A stretch of 40,013 nucleotides of DNA from Chloroflexota bacterium (GTDB lineage Bacteria > Chloroflexota > Limnocylindria > Limnocylindrales > CSP1-4). A program made the translations under genes and the position numbers. The stretch spans positions 1 to 40,013 of the forward strand of contig JBDTVN010000002.1 of assembly GCA_040007155.1 (NCBI GenBank), read 5' to 3'. Positions within the stretch are counted from its first letter, which is position 1. Each line of letters opens with the position of its first letter. Below, one piece after another: positions 35,869-40,013 of this stretch. Under the pieces are notes generated by a model. It saw nothing but the letters and a program-made list of their open reading frames with translations. It ran no database searches and was not told the origin of the DNA.

Positions 35869-36962
35869 GCACCGTGCCGCCGGCTGAGGAGCCGCTCGTC
35901 GATTACCCGGGCGTTCACGAGGAGTCCGCGCCGCCGCAACCGCTCTCGAGCAGGCTGCGCAACCCGCGCACGATCATCTCGCTCGTGCTGCCGATCCTGC
36001 TGCTCGTGCTGATTTTCACGAACCTGCGCGGGCTCGACCTGGGCCAGCTGACCAGCACCATCCTTGGCGCCAACCCGTGGCTGCTGCTCGCGTCGTTCGC
36101 GATCTACTACCTGGGCTTCCCGCTGCGCGGCTATCGCTGGAAGCTGCTGTTGCGCGGCGCCGGCACAAACATCGGCGTGCGCGATTCGACCGAGATCGTC
36201 TTCATCAGCTGGCTGGTCAACTGCCTCGTGCCGGCCAAGCTGGGCGACGTCTACCGGGCGTGGCTGCTCAAGGCGAACTTCACCGTGTCACTTTCGCGCA
36301 CATTCGGCACCGTCTTCATCGAGCGCATCTTCGACATCTTTGCCATCGCACTCCTGGGGCTGGGCGCTGCATTCTGGAGCTTCCGCGGCAACATGCCGAC
36401 GGCGGTGCAGGTGGTCATGGGTATTGGCCTCGCGGTCATCCTGCTGATGGCGTTCGGGCTGTATACCGTGCGCAACTTCGGCAAGCGCCTGTTGATCAGG
36501 CTGCCGCTGCCCAAGAAGGCCAAGCTGCTCGAGTTCTACGAGCGCTTCGAGGAAGGCGTTTTCGCCATCAACCCGCGCCAGGTGCCCTGGCTGGCCGTGG
36601 TCACGGCGCTCATCTGGGCGACTGAGGCGATGCGCCTGTTGCTTGTCATCGAGGCGCTCAACTTCCGCGACGTGCACCTGGGCGTCAGCGGCGCGTTCTT
36701 CGTTGCTCTGAGCGCGTCGCTGCTTACCGCAATCCCACTCACCCCAGCAGGGCTGGGCCTGGTCGAGCTGGGCGTCGTCGGCATCCTGACGGTGATCTAC
36801 GGTGTCGACGCGACCAACGCTACAGCGATCACCCTCGTCGATCGCGCGATCAGCGTCTTCTCGATCTGGATCTTCGGCAGCATCGCGTACCTGCTTTCGC
36901 CCATGACGCGGTCCGGGATCGCCCGTCGCTCAGCCGAGATCGACGCGACCTCGGGTACCTAG
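35865..36962 (+). CDS. Flippase-like / lysylphosphatidylglycerol-synthase-TM-domain (UPF0104) membrane protein
   Basis: Segments YRWKLLL, VPAKLGDVYRAWLL and FIERIFDI match the characteristic RW..LL / P.K.G...R / ER..D pattern of this family. About 8 TM helices. ATGA overlap with the PHP gene. Confidence 0.72.
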   Translation: MSTVPPAEEPLVDYPGVHEESAPPQPLSSRLRNPRTIISLVLPILLLVLIFTNLRGLDLGQLTSTILGANPWLLLASFAIYYLGFPLRGYRWKLLLRGAGTNIGVRDSTEIVFISWLVNCLVPAKLGDVYRAWLLKANFTVSLSRTFGTVFIERIFDIFAIALLGLGAAFWSFRGNMPTAVQVVMGIGLAVILLMAFGLYTVRNFGKRLLIRLPLPKKAKLLEFYERFEEGVFAINPRQVPWLAVVTALIWATEAMRLLLVIEALNFRDVHLGVSGAFFVALSASLLTAIPLTPAGLGLVELGVVGILTVIYGVDATNATAITLVDRAISVFSIWIFGSIAYLLSPMTRSGIARRSAEIDATSGT

Positions 36963-36983
36963 CGGGTCTCACGCAAAGAGAAA

Positions 36984-37005
36984 TGCCGGTCGCTTCCGAC
37001 CGGCA
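36984..37005. terminator. Bidirectional intrinsic terminator hairpin between convergent genes
   Basis: TGCCGGTCG-cttc-CGACCGGCA, a perfect 9-bp stem. On the minus strand it is followed by TTTCTCTTT, which fits termination of the XRE gene. On the plus strand it is followed by GTTGTG (weaker). Confidence 0.6.
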
Positions 37006-37055
37006 GTTGTGCTCCCTACGGACGGCCCGAGCGGCCGCGCTCGTCGCCTACAGGG

Positions 37056-37499
37056 CTAGTTGCGGTTGGGCATCCGCGCGGCGGACAAGACCTGCCGCGG
37101 ATCGCTCGAAGTCGAGTGGCCGACCGTGCCATTCTGACGCGCGGCCGCGAGGCGGCGCATGCGCAGCGCGAGGTAGTACTCCATGACCTGGCGCACCTGC
37201 GGCTCGCTCAACAGATCGTCGGAGCGAAGCGCGTACTCGACGCGCGCGGTCGGGTGGCTGGTTGACGAAGCCATAAGGCCGAAATACTGGGGCGTCTCTG
37301 TTTCGTCGCGCAACTCGCGCAGGCCGCGCGCAAGCTTGGTGGCAGTACCCAGCGAAGGGGTGCGATCGCCGCGCACAAGCCGAGAGATGGTCGAGTGATC
37401 AACACCCGACTGCTGCGCCAGCTGGCGCTGCGACATCTTCTTCGCCTTGAGCTGGGTCCTCAACCATTCATTGAAGGCCCGTCCGCTTTGGACGCTCAT
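37056..37499 (-). CDS. XRE-family helix-turn-helix transcriptional regulator
   Basis: N-terminal HTH_3-like segment LKAKKMSQRQLAQQSGVDHSTISRLVRGDRTPSLGTATKLARGL. C-terminal half unassigned. Confidence 0.8.
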   Translation of the reverse strand: MSVQSGRAFNEWLRTQLKAKKMSQRQLAQQSGVDHSTISRLVRGDRTPSLGTATKLARGLRELRDETETPQYFGLMASSTSHPTARVEYALRSDDLLSEPQVRQVMEYYLALRMRRLAAARQNGTVGHSTSSDPRQVLSAARMPNRN

Positions 37500-37603
37500 T
37501 GGTTCCCCTGCTGCGTAATCCCGAGTGGCACAGCGGCATATTCCGTTGCGCGGGGTGGTGCTCGATATAGGCCCTTGGTACGGTCCCGGTTTGCACCACC
37601 GGC

Positions 37604-38590
37604 TTAGGCGGTCTCAGGCCGCCGGCGACCCCGACCGCGCGACGGCCGGCGCAAGGTGAAAGCCTCGGCCGGCAAATCGCCCAGCACCCCACCTTCGGCC
37701 AGCGTCAGCGCTCGATCGAGGTTCACCGCGTCGTAGCCCACGTCCATGCCGGGCGTCTCCAAGAACGTCGGCAGCGCCCCCAACCACGGGTGGTTGAGCA
37801 GATCACGCAGCCCTTCGGCGGCCATCTTGCCGGCGCCGATGTGCTCGTGCCGATCGAGGCGCGATCCAAGCTCCGCGCGCGAGTCGTTGAGATGCAGCAT
37901 GACCACGTTGGCGCGACCGACCAGGCGCTCGATACGCTCGGATAGAAAGTCGAGCCAGGTGCTGCCACCGACGTCGTAGCCGGCGCCCCACAGATGCGCC
38001 GTATCGAGACACACCCCCAGACGGTCGAGCGGCAGGCCGGCCGCGTTCGCTGCGGCCAGGATGTCGGCCAGATCCTCGACTGATGAGCCGATGCCGTCGC
38101 CCGTACCAGCGGAATTTTCGAGCACGAGGCGCGGCAGGGGATCGGCGCTCGGGTCTGCGCCGTTTGTCTTGTCGGCGGACTGGAGCACGGCCGCCAGCCC
38201 CTTGACCAGGCGGTCAATGCCGGTCGCCCGCTCGTCGCCGCGATGCGAACCGATGTGCATGACCACGAATCCCGCGCCGTAGGCACGAGCGACGCTGAGC
38301 TCGTGCGCCATCATGTCGACCGAGCGCTGCCAGAACACCTCGTCGGAGCCGCACAGGTTCACCAGGTACGGCGCATGGACTGCCACAGCCTTGACGCCCG
38401 CCTTTTTGAGGCGTTTCCGGAAGTTGGCGAGCTGGTCCGGCGGAGCGGACCGGCGGCGCCAGGCCGTGGGGTTGTCGGTGAAGAACTGGATGCTGGTCGC
38501 GCCGATATCCCGAGCGCGATCGGCCGCCTTGAGCAAGCCATGTGACAGCTGGAGATGGGGACCGATCAGCCGACCGGAAGCGGGCATCAA
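37604..38590 (-). CDS. nfo: Endonuclease IV (AP endonuclease family 2)
   Basis: VHAPYLVNL, VMHIGSH, LENSAGTG, CLDTAHLW, LHLNDS, DRHEHIG (metal ligand segments). The track start is TTG 38590, and ATG at 38587 is equally possible. About 45-aa Arg-rich C-terminal extension. Confidence 0.9.
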   Translation of the reverse strand: MMPASGRLIGPHLQLSHGLLKAADRARDIGATSIQFFTDNPTAWRRRSAPPDQLANFRKRLKKAGVKAVAVHAPYLVNLCGSDEVFWQRSVDMMAHELSVARAYGAGFVVMHIGSHRGDERATGIDRLVKGLAAVLQSADKTNGADPSADPLPRLVLENSAGTGDGIGSSVEDLADILAAANAAGLPLDRLGVCLDTAHLWGAGYDVGGSTWLDFLSERIERLVGRANVVMLHLNDSRAELGSRLDRHEHIGAGKMAAEGLRDLLNHPWLGALPTFLETPGMDVGYDAVNLDRALTLAEGGVLGDLPAEAFTLRRPSRGRGRRRPETA

Positions 38591-38612
38591 CCGATGCTAG
38601 CAAGCGCCAATT

Positions 38613-38638
38613 TGACGGACATCATATTGTCATCGTCA
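38613..38638. promoter_or_regulatory. Imperfect inverted repeat overlapping the ArsR-family gene start (candidate operator)
   Basis: TGACGGACA-tcatat-TGTCATCGTCA. The arms are complementary apart from a 2-nt insertion. This is the most AT-rich patch of the 47-bp divergent region between nfo and the ArsR-like gene. Confidence 0.35.
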
Positions 38639-39246
38639 TGGACCCTGAACTCCTAACAGCTCTCAAGGCGCTGTCTGACGCCTCCCGACTGCGTCTCGTT
38701 GGTTTGCTTGCCGACGGCCGTCGAATGCCAGTCGAACAACTGGCGAGGGAGCTCAAATTGACGCCGGCGACTGTCGTGCACCACCTCAAGAGGCTGCGCG
38801 ACGCAGGTCTGGTCGAGTCACACGCGCGACCGCCGTACATGGACTACTCGCTGCGCATCGGGCGACTCGGTCAGATCGGCGCCGAGCTGCACAAGATCGA
38901 TCGCGAGCAGGCGGGCCTGCCAGCCGAGGGTGATACGGCGCGCCCGGCGTGGGCAACCCCCGAGGATGCCAAGGTGCTGCGCGCCTTTTTTGAAGGCGAG
39001 CGGCTGACGAGCATTCCCGCTCAGCACTCGAAGCGCCTCGTCGTCCTGCGCCAGCTCGCCGAAACCGTCTTCGAGAAGAAGCGCAAGTACCCCGAGAAGG
39101 AAGTGAACCAACGACTCGCGCTGCGCAACCCGGACTCCGCGTCCCTGCGCCGCTACCTGGTCGACGAGGGCTTCATGTCGCGCAAGCAGGGCGTGTACAG
39201 GCTTGAGTCGCGCAAAGACTGGCCCAAGGTCGGCTCAGGGCACTAG
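38638..39246 (+). CDS. ArsR/SmtB-family HTH regulator fused to a DUF2087 domain
   Basis: LKALSDASRLRLVGLL..VEQLARELKLTPATVVHHLKRLRDAGLV (ArsR wHTH). The C-terminal half IPAQHSKRLVVLRQLAETVFEKKRKYPEKEVNQRL...LRRYLVDEGFMSR is typical of DUF2087. ATG 38638 is chosen because the longer track ORF would overlap nfo. Confidence 0.8.
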   Translation: MDPELLTALKALSDASRLRLVGLLADGRRMPVEQLARELKLTPATVVHHLKRLRDAGLVESHARPPYMDYSLRIGRLGQIGAELHKIDREQAGLPAEGDTARPAWATPEDAKVLRAFFEGERLTSIPAQHSKRLVVLRQLAETVFEKKRKYPEKEVNQRLALRNPDSASLRRYLVDEGFMSRKQGVYRLESRKDWPKVGSGH

Positions 39247-39896
39247 CGTTCGCGACAGAGCGCCAGCGCAGACACTGCGCTTGAGCCCGCCTCGTACAGG
39301 GCATGGGCGCAGCCGCTGAAGGTCGCGCCCGTCGTCACCACGTCGTCGATCAGCACCACCCAGCGGCCATCGACGAGGTCACGGCTCGCTAGCTTGACCA
39401 CGAACGCTCCGCCCACGTTCGCGGCGCGCGCGCGCCGGCTCAGAGCGTGCTGCGCGGCGGTTTTGGCCGCGCGCTCCAAAGCCGTCGCGACCGGCAACTT
39501 CAGTACGCGGCCAACGGCGCGCGCGAGCAGCTCGGCCTGATCGAATCCGCGCTGCCTCAGGCGCGCGGCGTGGACGGGCACCGGCACGAGGATGTCGCCG
39601 CCGATGCCGGCCCGCGCCCACCGTGCGGCCACCTGTTCGGCGAGCACATCGACCAGGCGTAGCTCGCCGTCGTACTTGAGCGCGTGCAGACATGCGCGCG
39701 CGGGTCCGCTGTAAGCGCAGCACCACTCGAGCTGCACCAGCCCCGCTGGCTGACTGACCGCCAAGCCGATCGGCGCGCCCTGTGGCTCGTCGCGCCGCCG
39801 AGCGAGGTGGGGCAGGCACTCCGAACAGACCGCCGCGCCCTCACGGCCACACCCCGGACAGGCCGGCGGCAGGAGTACGTCGAGCAACGCCTTCAT
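39243..39896 (-). CDS. comFC: ComF-family phosphoribosyltransferase-like protein (ComFC)
   Basis: N-terminal 4-Cys motif (PPACPGCG...CSEC) and C-terminal PRT motif VVLIDDVVTTGAT. Confidence 0.85.
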   Translation of the reverse strand: MKALLDVLLPPACPGCGREGAAVCSECLPHLARRRDEPQGAPIGLAVSQPAGLVQLEWCCAYSGPARACLHALKYDGELRLVDVLAEQVAARWARAGIGGDILVPVPVHAARLRQRGFDQAELLARAVGRVLKLPVATALERAAKTAAQHALSRRARAANVGGAFVVKLASRDLVDGRWVVLIDDVVTTGATFSGCAHALYEAGSSAVSALALCRER

Positions 39897-39920
39897 TTCA
39901 CGCAGAGTGGCGCCACGGCC

Positions 39921-40013
39921 TCATCGGTGGCTTAACGCCGACTTACCATTCGTGACGATGCAGCCGCCGGCGGCCGTGACCACGGCGCGCAGATGATCGA
40001 TCGCCGCTGGTCG
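39921..40013 (-). CDS. 3' end of an unidentified CDS continuing beyond the window
   Basis: The minus-strand frame is open from the window edge: ..RPAAIDHLRAVVTAAGGCIVTNGKSALSHR*. Only 30 codons are visible and no family can be assigned. Confidence 0.3.
   Translation of the reverse strand, partial: RPAAIDHLRAVVTAAGGCIVTNGKSALSHR

Noticed and set aside
37500-37603. 104-nt spacer between nfo and the XRE gene: an 8-bp inverted repeat GGTGGTGC...GCACCACC (37554-37561 / 37593-37600), checked as a tRNA, small RNA or terminator.
   Set aside because: The loop is about 31 nt with no convincing internal pairing, and there is no T-tract, no tRNA T-loop (GGTTCGAAT-like) and no cloverleaf. The candidate promoter hexamers (GTGCAA ... 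TATATC on the minus strand) are spaced about 21 nt apart, too far for a confident call.

Overview
About 40 kb of visibly high-GC bacterial chromosome (roughly two-thirds G+C by eye, not computed). It is almost entirely core housekeeping, densely packed, and many gene junctions are 1-4 nt start/stop overlaps. Layout: (1) 1-3164 (+): an envelope-glycosylation trio of a polytopic GT-C-like membrane protein, a GT2 polyprenyl-phosphate glycosyltransferase and a SAM methyltransferase. (2) 3161-11706 (-): a chain parA-parB-gyrB-[AlkD-like HEAT-repeat protein]-gyrA-prs-small membrane ORF. (3) 11707-11965: a divergent intergenic region with one perfect and one degenerate parS site plus extra TTCACG half-sites. 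(4) 11966-15622 (+): mreD-mrdA(PBP2)-rodA, followed by a convergent J-domain gene. (5) 16283-36962 (+): a long co-oriented block rplU-rpmA-rpmE-DUF1385-prfA-[glycogen-debranching-type glucosidase]-prmC-tsaC-glyA-wecA/mraY-like GT4-atpZ-atpBEFHAGDC-murA-mreB-PHP phosphoesterase-flippase-like membrane protein. (6) 37056-40013: an XRE regulator, endonuclease IV, an ArsR+DUF2087 regulator, comFC and a partial ORF. The order rpmE..prfA..prmC..tsaC..glyA..atp..murA..mreB-paralogue resembles the Bacillus arrangement, so this is probably a high-GC monoderm/Terrabacteria-type lineage such as Chloroflexota or Actinomycetota (inference only). I saw no rRNA, tRNA, CRISPR array, transposase, integrase, phage gene or recognisable defence or toxin-antitoxin system, and I cannot honestly point to a clear-cut new system. 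The best candidates for follow-up are the AlkD-like glycosylase translationally coupled into the gyrB-gyrA operon, the fused partition-gyrase-prs chain with its parS cluster, a methyltransferase whose SAM motif lies upstream of any canonical start codon, a glucosidase inserted between prfA and prmC, an L21 with a long Lys/Ala-rich tail, and several diagnostic residue substitutions (MurA Cys->Asp, GyrA Ser83-equivalent Val, PrmC NLPY).
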